Of a stretch of 64,000 nt of DNA, positions 35,291 to 47,247 are shown one piece after another. The notes under the pieces are model-generated. The model did not search any database. It worked only from the letters and a program-made list of their open reading frames with translations, and was not told where the DNA came from. The stretch is from Chrysomallon squamiferum. Lineage: Eukaryota; Animalia; Mollusca. A program made the translations under genes and the position numbers. The stretch spans positions 10,044,001 through 10,108,000 of the forward strand of contig CM022677.1 in assembly GCA_012295275.1 (NCBI GenBank), given 5' to 3'. Position 1 is the first letter of the stretch, and every line of letters begins with the position of its first letter.

Positions 35291-36829
35291 TTATTCTCCT
35301 GGATTTGTGGAACATGGTCGCTTAACTAATTGCCCTCTTTTTTTAGAATCCAGTAAGTTGCTACCCATTTAGAGCCAGTAAGAACGGGACAAGCTCCATG
35401 AATTGTCATTTTGTTAGGTGAACCATTTCGATATAAATTATACCAAAATATAGCTGCACCTGCTTTAGGTTGTATTCTCACACCAAGATAAGGAAACACT
35501 GTTGCACCTCCTTCTATATCACTCAAATAGTTTAACCACGTGGCAATTTTGTTTTCACCGTAAGAATCTGCTTTGTGGAAATAGTCAGTATGAGCCGTGA
35601 ACTGTCCGCCTATTCCGTAGTTTGCCGCCTGAAGTGGTTCTGAATCTTTCATTGGAAGACCTGTGATAGCTTCAATTCTTCTCTGAATTCTCATGTCTGC
35701 TTCTGTGAAACCTTTTGCTAATTTACTTTTGCTAATTCTTTTCTCAGATTTGACATTTTTTCCACAGTGATTGATTTCAGATGTTTTTAAAAGTGGCATA
35801 GAAACTGTTTTAACGTCTTCAATTTCAGCATCACTGATAAAATCATGATAGAGAACAATTTTCGGTGAGAAATACAGAATCTCTTCTTAAGAAATAGCAG
35901 CGGACTTTTTTTTGTAATGGTAGCGACATTTCAGACGATGTCGCTGTCGTACTTTAATAAAGTCTTCACCACGACAGAGAGCATCGAAAGTTGTTTTTTC
36001 TTTAACTCTGGCAATTTTCTCTTTTCTTTCCTACGTTTTGTTATACTTGAATACTTTTTCCTTCTGTTCGGAGCACGTTCTAGTTCAGGAGCTAACATTA
36101 ACTGTTCATTTGTCAAATTTAAAACGTGTTCTATGTGTCCCGCTAATTCTCTACCGTGTATTTTATAGTCATGAAATTCCATCCGAGATACGTTCTGAAT
36201 TGTTTCCGTTCTTTGTTTCTCGAAACTTGTTTCCATCCAGATATGCACATATTTGTATTTTTTTCATTTTGTAAGCAAGGCGACCTAACTGATAACAGTC
36301 TTCTGCTGATAATCTCTGTATATATTGTTCATATATAAAACCGTCTGCTAATCTCGTCGCATTTAATTTGTACGTGTCTGGAAGTCGAAACACAGCTGCA
36401 GAGGCCCCTTCTAAATCTTCGTAACTCGGAAGATGTTCACGAATTTCTTGTAGTTCAGTCAGCTCTGTCTGGGACGTAATACTTTCGTGAAGAATAGGCT
36501 GTACATCTCGTCCCCAGTCCAACGTGAAACGATTAATATATAAAAATGCACCAATCGGGTTGCCTATGTAACGATTTGGATCTTTTAGTGCGATCGAACA
36601 GTGCTGTTCCATTTGATCTGAAATTGTTTTCAACTTTTCCAATTTAGTTCCTTCTTCATAAACATGACTGAAATTTGTTAATGCTGTTGCCAAGTCTCTT
36701 CCTGCTAGTACAGAGTTGTAGAGATGTGATACGGACGTAAACAATTCTGAATTCACAGCTGATAAAAGCAAAACTGTACTGTTGATACATACTTGAAGGT
36801 ATCTACTAGTGATATGAATACCTAAATAT
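35291..36829 (-). pseudogene. P4HA: Intronless collagen prolyl 4-hydroxylase alpha subunit copy, disrupted
   Basis: Collinear P4HA motifs across frames: ELFTS, GNPIGAF, LPSYEDLEGA..A.FRL.DTY.L, LSAEDCYQLGRLAY, FDALCRGE, LKCRY, P.IVLYHDFISDAE, RISKS, EPLQAANYGIGGQF.AHTD, IATWL.YLSD..GGATVFP, FWYNL, HGACPVL.GSKW and GQLVKRPC...* (stop 35291). Frameshifts at ~36260, ~36020, ~35910 and ~35340, plus a 10-bp deletion and an in-frame TAA at ~35888. No ATG was seen; the frame opens at an acceptor-like ccag (36830-36833). Confidence 0.88.
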
Positions 36830-37527
36830 CTGGTTGAAAAATAAAGTTATGATGATATAATTCTAAATATATATCAGTTTAAAATACGCAGGTTATTAAA
36901 CTGGTGGGGGAGGGATGAAACGACACGTTTTTTTTATTTTATCTATCATTTCTATTTTTTATTTTATTTATTTTATTATTTTTACTTTTTCTTATTTGTC
37001 CTACATTTGTTTTTGTCTTTGAGTTTATGTGTGTGTGTGAGAGAGAGACAGATTTCTAGTTATCTGGATATTTTATTAATAATTTGATTATGTCAGAATA
37101 AAGTAACATACAGAAAAAGAAAGAAAACAGATAAAAATGTACATTACAGCTTTCATTTAGTAGACACCTCTCAAGTTTTGAAGATTTAGAAGGGTTGTCT
37201 GCAGCTCTGTTTCTTCTTCCAAATAAATACAAATTAGATGTCAGTTTTAATTGACACTAGTTATTAATCTTATATGCAAACTCGCCATTTTAAAACATTT
37301 TACTTCATTTCTATTTTTATTATTTTATTACAATTTTTTACTTTTATTTTACTTATCTTTTTTTTTTTTTTTGCATGAATGTCAATAGATACAAAATGTT
37401 TTTTACAAAATCATTACACTTTATTTCATTTCTATCTTTATTTTTTATTTTTCATTCTTTCTCTCCTTAGAGGACTATTTTATGTGAAATATGAAGAATC
37501 TCCTCTTAAGTAAATAAATACTGTACA

Positions 37528-37829
37528 ATGCCAGAGTTAAAGAAAAAACAACTTTCGACGCTCTCTGTCGTGGTGAAAATTTTATTAAATCAGAGAAATC
37601 GTCTGAAATGTCGCTACCATTACAACAACAAAAGCCCGCTTCTAATTCTTAAGCCTGCCAAAGAAGAGATTCTGCATTTCTCACCGAAAATTGTTCTCTA
37701 TCATGATTTTATCAGTGATGCTGAAATTGAAGACATTAAAACAGTTTCTATGCCACTTTTAAAAACATCTGAAGTCAATCACTGTGGAAAAAATGTCAAA
37801 TCTGAGAAAAGAATTAGCAAAAGTAAATT
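37528..37829 (+). pseudogene. P4HA: Inverted ~300-bp P4HA fragment
   Basis: Highly similar to the reverse complement of ~35721-36012. It encodes FDALCRGENFIK / RLKCRYHYNNKSPLLILKPAKEEILHFSPKIVLYHDFISDAEIEDIK...RISKS and has its own 5-nt deletion at ~37590. Confidence 0.88.
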
Positions 37830-37839
37830 TCTAAAATGA

Positions 37840-38278
37840 TGTTAGCAACATTATGTAAATAAGTACTGTACTGTAATGTGATATTAGTAGTATTAAGTAA
37901 ATAAATACTGTACAGAAAAAATGAGATTAGCAGTATTAAGTAAATAAATATTGTAACCTGATATTAGCAGCAATAAGTAAATAAATACCGTACAGTAACG
38001 TGATATTACCAGACATTAAGTAAATAAATACCGAACAGTAACGTGATATTACCAGACATTAAGTAAATAAATACTGTACAGTAACGTGATATTACCAGAC
38101 ATTAAGTAAATAAATACCGTACAGTAACGTGATATTACCAGACATTAAGTAAATAAATACCGTACAGTAACGTGATATTAGCAGACATTAAGTAAATAAA
38201 TACTGTACAGTAACGTGATATTAGCAGACATTAAGTAAATAAATACTGTACAGTAACGTGATATTACCAGACATTAAG
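37840..38278. repeat. 43-bp minisatellite, 7 near-identical copies plus degenerate ones
   Basis: Unit taagtaaataaatac(c/t)gtacagtaacgtgatatta(c/g)cagacat, with acgtgatatt at 37998, 38041 and onward to 38256. A partial unit also lies at 37506-37527. Confidence 0.95.
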
Positions 38279-38392
38279 AAGCCTCCGATTCAACTCTCTT
38301 ATAATAATGTTAAAGCTGTTATAATGACTACATGGCTCCCTCTGTCGATGTTTATCACATAAACGAAAAATTGTCTCATTTGACCGAGAATC

Positions 38393-38443
<51 letters not shown>

Positions 38444-38828
38444 GTTGTTGTTGTTGTTTTCGTTGTCGTCGTTGCTGTTGTTGTTGTCATAGGGAAAAAT
38501 TTAGTTTAAACAATAAACATAATAAAATGCTCATAAAACTATGAAACAACAACAACAAAAAACAACAAAAGCTTGGGTAAGTAAACGTTGACTGAAACAG
38601 ACAATGTATACTCCGATCTACTAACACAGTAAGCAATTTAATAAACAAGACAGAAACTTTACAAACTATTACAAATAAACAGTGGCAGTCAAACGTAAAT
38701 AAAGAGAAAAGTCCACTGAGGTGTTTACGTAACCGATTTAGAAGAGTTTTAATAAAAAGCTGAGTAACAGAGATGGTGAGACATTCCATAGTGAAAAAAT
38801 AATCCAATACTGGCGTCATTCTCTAGGT

Positions 38829-39000
38829 CAGTGGTTCTCAAACTTTTTGAAGTCGGGGCACACTTGAAGCCTTACAAAACATTGCGGGCACTCTACACAC
38901 AAAATGCTTAGAAATATAATGCAAAATGTAAAACAATACAGAAATAACTGAAAGAAGGATAACGCGGCTGAATCGGTTGCGGAGCATGCTGCCGAGGTTG
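38829..39000 (-). mobile_element. One end of a hAT (Charlie-like) DNA transposon
   Basis: Terminus cagtggttctcaaactttt, a typical Charlie/MER5-like TIR, preceded by ctctaggt. The - strand has IQPRY at ~38960-38975, like a hAT C-terminus. The second TIR was not found. Confidence 0.5.
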
Positions 39001-39986
39001 TCTGTCCTCGTTGTCTACATCTATGTCAGATTCTTCATCATTTCGCGTATAAACGGTTCTGGAATCTGTACCGTTTGTTTCTGTGAGAGATGTTCACTGA
39101 TTTATCTAAAGTTACCGCCCTTGTGTGAGAGATATTCACTGATATATTTAGAGTTACCGCCCTTGTGTGAGATATACCTTTAGTCATCATCTATTTTGTT
39201 GCCGATGAGAAGTATGAGCCTGACGTGTCTTGGTAATTTATTCAAAATAACTTCTACGAAATACAAAACAATGGACTGTTAAAATGTCAAAAAACTGTAC
39301 AAAGGCTATATTTTTAATGGTGTGTATTGTGCAGTGATGGAAAACTTTTATCAATCGTTTGCTTCTAACAAATGTAACACTATAAGAGGCTAAAATTCCA
39401 TAAAGTATAAAAGTTTTAGATGGGTTGTGACTGTGACACTGACAGGAATATGTGACACAAGAAAATATTGACTATTTATAAAACTTGCACACCCTATCAC
39501 TCACACTGTCGCTGGTAAACTACTGCGCAGCCTTGAGCAGCCAAGCTTGCTCATCAGCCAAAACTCGTTTCGTTTACAACGTGTATAAAATATTCTTCCG
39601 TGCAACTGGCTATTTCTTACTGGATATCTTTCCGCTCTTAACATAATCAGTTTTTTATCATCAAAATATCTGCCTTGATCCTAGAATTTCGCGGGGAGCA
39701 GCTAAGCATGTTTATGAGAACAATAGCTCTCGGCCAACCAGTCCCTGGCTACCTAGCTCATTTTTGAATTATTTCGTTTAGTTTTCTTTATATATATATA
39801 TTTATAAATTTCTTAAAAATGAATCAGTTCAGACGAAGAATATCGCGAATTTTTCAATATTATTATTGTTGCTGTCGTTGTTATTGTTATTTCTTTTATT
39901 GTTATTTCTTTTCCTTGCTCGCATAAATAAATGAATAAAAAGAAGAAAAGAATTAATAAATTATATTATTTGCTTTCTAAAATTTA

Positions 39987-40034
<48 letters not shown>

Positions 40035-43000
40035 ATAATATAGGAATGACAACATTTCTGCTAGTATAATATGTGCATCAGATATACTTTAATGATGGCT
40101 GCTGCATTATGGACTAAAGACCTAATTACTGAATGTATGGTCCAGGAATGCAGGAACACTGTGTGGATGGATGGGTGTTTGTCAGCATGTGTGGAGAGAC
40201 TGGTGGATGGAGGAGTAGAGAGATTTCTGATAAATTAACTGTGAAAGAATAGATTGATATATGAAAATATTGGCCAGACAGAAATCTGATTGATGTAGGA
40301 TGAACTCATAGATATCTGGATACATATTTAAGTATGTAACAGAGACAGAGAGAGAGACAGTTACAGACAGTTATGGGCTATTATGACTCTATAGAAACAA
40401 GTCAGTATTCCCGTCTCCCTCTCACTATTTTAATTTTTGCTCGTTAATATCAGTAATCACTCTTTAAAACAAAATAACAAATCTTTAACTGTCCGAATCT
40501 GTTATTCTGTTCATTAATCTTTCTCTCGCTGTCTGCGTGTTTGTCTGCCTGTTTACTCTGTCTTTCTGTATGTTAGTCTAACCAGTCGGCCTTATTATAA
40601 CCATCTACAATCCATGTGACCATGCTTTTTACTATCTATCTGTCCACCTGTCTGTCTATCTATCAACCTGTCTCTTTATCCTTCATCATCAATTCATCTA
40701 TATAGTGAATATCTCTCTATCACTTGTTTCTCTCTCTACCTTTATCACTTCTCTCTCTCTACTGATAAATGTATCATTTCTCTTTCTCTCTACACATACC
40801 TGTATCCCAAATCACTCTATACCTAAATGTCAATTACCTGTCTGTGTCTGTCCACCTATCTCTATCACCTGTCTATATCACTCTCTATATATCGTCACTT
40901 TTTTCTGTCTCTCCACCTATATCTCTATCACTTGTCTCTGTCTCTATCTACACCTATATCTCTATCCCATGACTTTCTCTATCTATATCTCTTTATTTAT
41001 ATCTTGATTATTTGTCTCCGTCTCTCTATGTCTGTCCCATGTCTCAGCCTTCCTACCTGTTATCTTCTCTATCATTTGGCTCTCCTTCACTCTACCTTTC
41101 TATCTATCTCTCTATCTGTATCTCTATCACGTCTCTGTACCCATACCTTGATAACTTCTGTCTCTGACTCATATCTCTATCACTTCTCTGTCTATATTAA
41201 TCTGTCTACCTATATTTCTATTGCTTGTTTCAGATTTTTAGATTGTCTTGTATGTCACTCTACCATTATCTCTATCACTTGCCTTTCTCTCTACATTTAT
41301 CATTATCATTTGTCTCTGTCTCTCAACTTATATCTCTTTCAATGTCTGCCTAATCTTTATCATTTGTCTGTCTTTCTACCGATATCGCTAACACTTTTCT
41401 CTTTCTCTTTACCTACATCACTAATACTTGTCTCTGTCTCTCTGTCTATATCTCTATCCCATCTATCTGTATCTCTCTCTGCTTATACGTGTCTCTTGTC
41501 TAACTACATCTGTCTATCCCATGTATCAGTCAATCTATAATTTGTGTCTCTACTTATATTTCTATCACTTGTCTCTGTCTCTCTACCTTTATCTCTATCA
41601 TTTTTCTCTTTCTCTCTACCAGTAGCTTATCTGTCTTTCTACCTGTATCATTATCAATTCTCTTTCTACCTTTACCTCAATCACTTGTCTCTCTACCTAT
41701 ATTTCTATCATCTGTCTCTCTCTGCCAATATTGCTAACACATCTGTCTCGCTCTACATATATCTTTATCACCTGTCTTTCTCTCTATGAGTTGTCTGTTT
41801 CTCTACCTTTCTAGATCACTTGTCTCTGCCTCCCTACCTTTTAATCTGTGGTATCGCTATCCCATGTCTACCTATCTGTATTCTATTACATATCTCTAGA
41901 TGTATTTTGATTGTTTGTCTCTCTCTTTATCTTTTATCACCTTGTCAACCCACCTATTTACATCCCTATCTGTCTACCTATCTGTTTATTTATCAGTATA
42001 TCATTTTAACTATTTATTTACCAAGAAATTAATGCATGAGATAAACTAATGCAAAGATATTATTTATGCTACTGGCTCATATTTTGACCATACATCTTTT
42101 CTTAAATGATTTTATAAGTATTTTTGATTATACATGTAATTTGTTATTGATATATAATTATATATTTAGTACAGATGGCATGGAGGTTAAAACTTGCTGA
42201 GTTGGTAGTCAGTTAACACCAGCTTCCTCTCAGTAATTTTAACTCGGTGAGCTCAATAGTTAAGGTTATATTGTTAAGTATTAGCAGTCCATTGTTTTGA
42301 GTTTGGAATAATCAATAACAGCAACAATAATCAACCATTTTATTTCAAAAAGATCATATTATATAATATGGTCTCTATTGGTTTATCTATCTAAACAGCT
42401 GTGTGTTATCTATCCATCCATCCTTCCATCCAGCATATCTGTATCAATGAATTCACTTATCCATATACATGCACACACACACACACACACATATGTATGT
42501 ATCAATCTATCTGTCTCTCTCTGTCCCATCTTTTCATTGTCTTTCCCTCTATTAAACTGTTTGTCTCTCTCTGTTGGCTTACCCATACAACAGACTTATA
42601 TCCATCTATTTGCCTATCTACCTACCTACCCTCCTGTCTATCTGTCTATCTACCTCACTCTCGCTTTCTCTTTCAAGTTATCTATCTATCAATCTGTCTA
42701 GTTATCTCCCTATATAATCCATCAGTCACTCGTTTTCACTATCTGTTGATCAATCCATCTTTGTATCTTTCTCTTTTACCCTATCTCTGCACATGTATCC
42801 CTGAATCCATACTGTGATACATGTCCTTCCATCCAGTTATTCACAATTTTTCCATTTGCTACTTAAAAAGGGTAAGATAACATGGTTTCTTTAACTTGTA
42901 CTTAGGTATCTATCTACCTGTCTACCTATCTATCTATCTATCTAACTAACTATCTGTCTGTCTCTCTGTCTTTCTATGATCTATACAGATAACTCTCTGG

Positions 43001-43116
43001 TAGCAATCCTTCCATCCTACAATCTGAATTTTTCTGTTTCTCCATTCTTGTCTCTGCTTGTTGGTACTTCGATCCAAGATATCTATCCCTGAATCCATAC
43101 TGTGGTGCATATCTAT

Positions 43117-43152
<36 letters not shown>

Positions 43153-43479
43153 ACAAAGACACAGACATACACACACAAACACACACTGATAAACACACAC
43201 ACACATACACACACAAACACATACATATATACACAGATATATACATATACACACAAATGCACAGACTACACACACATACATACATACATACTCTGACATA
43301 CATACACACACATTCATACACACACACATATACACATATACATACACACAAACATATACACATAGATACACAAATACACACAAAGACATAAACATACACA
43401 CACATATGCATGTACACACATACACACACACAAACACATAAAAAGGAAAAATTATCATGCACAAATTAACATAGTTAAT

Positions 43480-45067
43480 TTGATAATGTTTGGCAAACTT
43501 TGCTCAGATTTTGACAGTGAAGTGTAACTTTGACAGCTGACTGGTTTTCTCGACATAACTGTGAATGGCTTCCTGTGATCCTCCTCACAACAACCACTGG
43601 GCCAGTCTAAGACAAAACAGCTGCAATTCAAAGAAACTCACAGTTAATAAATTATAATATGTGTGTGTGTGTGTGTGTGTGTGTGAAATAATAATAATGT
43701 AACCAGGAAACTCAAAATAATTTCTTACATAATTTGCACACAAACAGATAATGATGTAAATGAATAAATCAATTTTGAAACATTGAAAAACATTATTATT
43801 ATTATTATTAACAAAAGAAAAGATGTTTAAGAATAATAATAAAAAAAATTCATTAAAGTGTAAAATTAAAATTTAATAATATTTTCTGTATTTTACATTC
43901 ATAATCAATGTAAATCAGGAAAAAAAAAATAAAGTAGATATTATGGATAACAGATTATTGGTTTGTTTTGGATGAGAAAACCTACTCTAAAACTGTTAAT
44001 GTGAGTCTGGCTTTTTAGATAACATCTGTCATTAGAAACAGTAAAGGTGGAGCTGTTTTATATAAAACAAATAACATGTAATTCAAAAATTAATAAACCA
44101 GTAATATTATATAAAACAAATAACATGAATTAATAAATAAATAAACCAGTAATATTATATAAAACAAATAACATGAATTAATAAATAAATAAACCAGTAA
44201 TATTATATAAAACAAATAACATGAATTAATAAATAAATAAACCAGTAATATTATATAAAACAAATAACATGAATTAATAAATAAATAAACAAGTAATATT
44301 GTATAAAACAAATAACATGAATTAATAAATAAATAAACCAGTAATATTATATAAAACAAATAACATGAATTAATAAATAAATAAACAAGTAATATTGTAT
44401 AAATCAAATAACATGAATTAATAAATAAATAAACAAGTAATATTGTATAAATCAAATAACATGAAATTAATAAATAAATAAACAAGTAATAACATGAAAT
44501 TAATAAATAAATAAACCAGTAATATTATATAAAACTAATAACATGTAGTTAACAAGTAAACAAACAAGTAATTTTCTCCAGAGTTCTCTTCTCATCACCA
44601 GTCTTCCTGTAATTTAATGTACAGTCCTGAAAACATAATAATAATTATAATATTAGTAATAATAATAGCAATGATTACAAGAATGTAATAATAATATGAA
44701 AAATAATAATAGCCTTGAAACAAATTAACTAAAATAATAATTGCTAATACCTGTATTATAACTCTATTACTACTTCAGAAATCATTTTAACGATTAATGC
44801 TACTATTGCTACAAGAATAATAATAACAATTTATCGAAAAAGAAAAGCAGTAATAATAATAATGCATTATAACTGCTATGAACTATTATTATGCTCGTAC
44901 TAAATTTATTAATTTTACTGACACTGCAATAATGACAAAACAGAATTAAACAAAAAAGAAAAAACAATTTAACGAGAAAAGCATTAATGAGATACTACTT
45001 TTCTACTACAAATAATAATGGTAATAATAATAATAATGATAATAATAATAATAATAATAATGATGAC

Positions 45068-45117
<50 letters not shown>

Positions 45118-45607
45118 CAACAGAATCGGTAACAAACTCTGCTGATGTAGAACTGTTGTCATCATCTGAAATGTTGAGTTTTTTTTTTAATCCAGGTGAT
45201 GTTCATTCTGTCAGTTTTATTTCACTTTTAGTTTCTACTAAGTTTATTTTTAAAGAAGAATCTAAAAAATAAAAAATTGTTCATGACAACTTTTGAACAA
45301 AATATATGTGCTTACTAATGTTTCACAGTTATGATTTGAGATTCAGTTATAATGACTTGAAAATATTCACAACACATTCAGACTATCTGTTATAGAGGTA
45401 CACTTTACACTGAAACAAACAATTAATTTGAAAATAATAAAATGTATTTAGGTTAACTGAACTATAATTTAGAAACAAACATTATCTTTTACATGTTAAA
45501 ATATCAACTTACTTTGACAAATTTTCTTTTCCAGTGATTTTATACGTGAAGAAAATTCAATTTTGTTTCCATCCTGAAAATATATAAAGTGGGTAATTTT
45601 TAAAATT

Positions 45608-45668
<61 letters not shown>

Positions 45669-46321
45669 GTAAAGTGTTCTGGACTGGTTAAAGATTAGAA
45701 GCAGTTTAATCATTATTGCACTCACCAGTCTCTCATGTCAACACACACATGCAAGTTGAGGTTTTCAGTTATGTGGTCTATCAAATTTAAGTGTGAAAAG
45801 AAACAGGCACTTTTGTCTGTACTGTAAATGTCTGCCTCCCACTTGGGAAGGGAGGCAACTACAGCCAGTGCTTGCTTCACATACAACAACTGAGCTGTCA
45901 CTGACTGCCAGTCTCACCATGGTTGAGTGGTTCATACAAGCCTCCTGTTATTCACAGAAACACAGAAACAATGAAATAAAATAAATAAATAAATAAAATA
46001 AAATAAAGTAAAGTAAAACAAATAAATAATTCTTTTTTTTAAATAAACATGATGATAAAATGAAAATAAATATAAATAATAACAATAATGATAACTATAC
46101 TACTACTACTACTAATAATAATAATAATAAAATAAAGTAAAGCCTTCTGAAATCATATTTTAGATAGAAAACAAACCTGGAAATTCAGTCGTTGAATTCT
46201 GCAGTGGTGGTAAGTGTTAACACCATCAGGTGTGCAGTATCATGTAAATCTTCTTAAGAAAAAATCTAAAAGTTTCAACCCATGGTGCAACATCAGGATC
46301 AGGACTCATTTTTTCTATAAC
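43480..46321 (-). pseudogene. Decayed multi-exon gene of unknown family (copy M2)
   Basis: GT-AG exons at 46177-46321, 45726-45944, 45513-45573 and one starting at 45261. The 46177/45944 and 45726/45573 junctions are phase-compatible (AG|G gives Arg, TG|G gives Trp). Four in-frame TGA codons and small frameshifts are present. Confidence 0.62.
44060..44570. repeat. 48-bp minisatellite, ~10 copies
   Basis: Unit ataaaccagtaatattatataaaacaaataacatgaattaataaataa, giving a 16-aa periodicity in ORF 44090..44485. Confidence 0.95.
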
Positions 46322-46332
46322 CTGAAATATTA

Positions 46333-46721
46333 ATTATAAAACAACAACAGTATCTACTAGTTTTATATTCATTATAAAACAACAACAGTCTTTACTAGTT
46401 TTATATTCATTATAAAACAACAACAGTCTTTACAAGTTTTTTATTCATTATAAAACAACAACAGTATTTACTAGTTTTATATTCATTATAAAACAACAGT
46501 ATTTACTAGTTTTATATTCATTATAACACAACAACAGTTTTTACAAGTTTTATATTAATCATAAAACAACAAGTCTTTACTAGTTTTATATTCATTATAA
46601 AACAACAACAGTATTTACTAGTTAATTATAAAACAACAACAGTATTTACTAGTTAATTATAAAACAACAACAGTATTTACTAGTTTCATATTAATTATAA
46701 AACAACAACAGCATTTACTAG
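46333..46721. repeat. ~38-bp minisatellite, ~11 copies with length variants
   Basis: Unit attataaaacaacaacagtctttactagttttatattc, starting at 46333, 46371 and onward. Confidence 0.95.
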
Positions 46722-47198
46722 ACGTAGAGCAAGTACATGACGCTATGTTCCAGCAATTTCGTAAACAAAAGGATGATGATGTAGTTTTTTCTAACTTGGT
46801 GACGAAGTCATTAGCAAAACAAATATTATACTTTTATACTTCAATGCAATAAGATTTAAGAGAAATAACCACAACAAGAATACAAATTATTAAAAAATAA
46901 ATAAATAAATAAAAAAGGCCGATTATCGAAAATCGTTGGATGGGCAGACATAGTCTTTTAATATGTTTATAGCACCTATTTCTATGGAAACAGCAGCAAC
47001 AACAACAACTCATTAGTTTATGACACAACTGAATACTGAGAGGAAACAAGCGAGACAAGACATGATGAACCACTGACTTGGATACACGTGTCACAGCGAT
47101 TAGACTGGAATGGGAAATCTACAGGCACTGGCTCTGCTAAAATGTTTGATTATACAAAACTGTAATTAAAAACCAATTAGTGAATACGTCGAATACAG

Positions 47199-47247
<49 letters not shown>

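Noticed and set aside
37840-38278. Regular 43-bp repeats (also 44060-44570, 46333-46721, 51233-51502) as a CRISPR array
   Set aside because: The units are head-to-tail with no unique spacers, there are no cas genes, and the context is eukaryotic.
40705-43464. ORFs up to 237 aa rich in Leu/Ser/Tyr or Cys/Val (also 3617-4620, 19854-20379, 29474-30018, 31425-31880, 56525-56815)
   Set aside because: They are translations of microsatellite or cryptic simple repeats.
45726-45944. Resemblance to the TPP1/ACD OB-fold start (RLV..PW...QLL.V.Q)
   Set aside because: Only a few residues match, the spacing differs, and downstream OB-fold motifs are not evident.
45203-46187. In-frame TGA codons as selenocysteine or readthrough
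   Set aside because: Frameshifts occur alongside them, no SECIS was recognised, and the paralog's CAA points to CpG decay.
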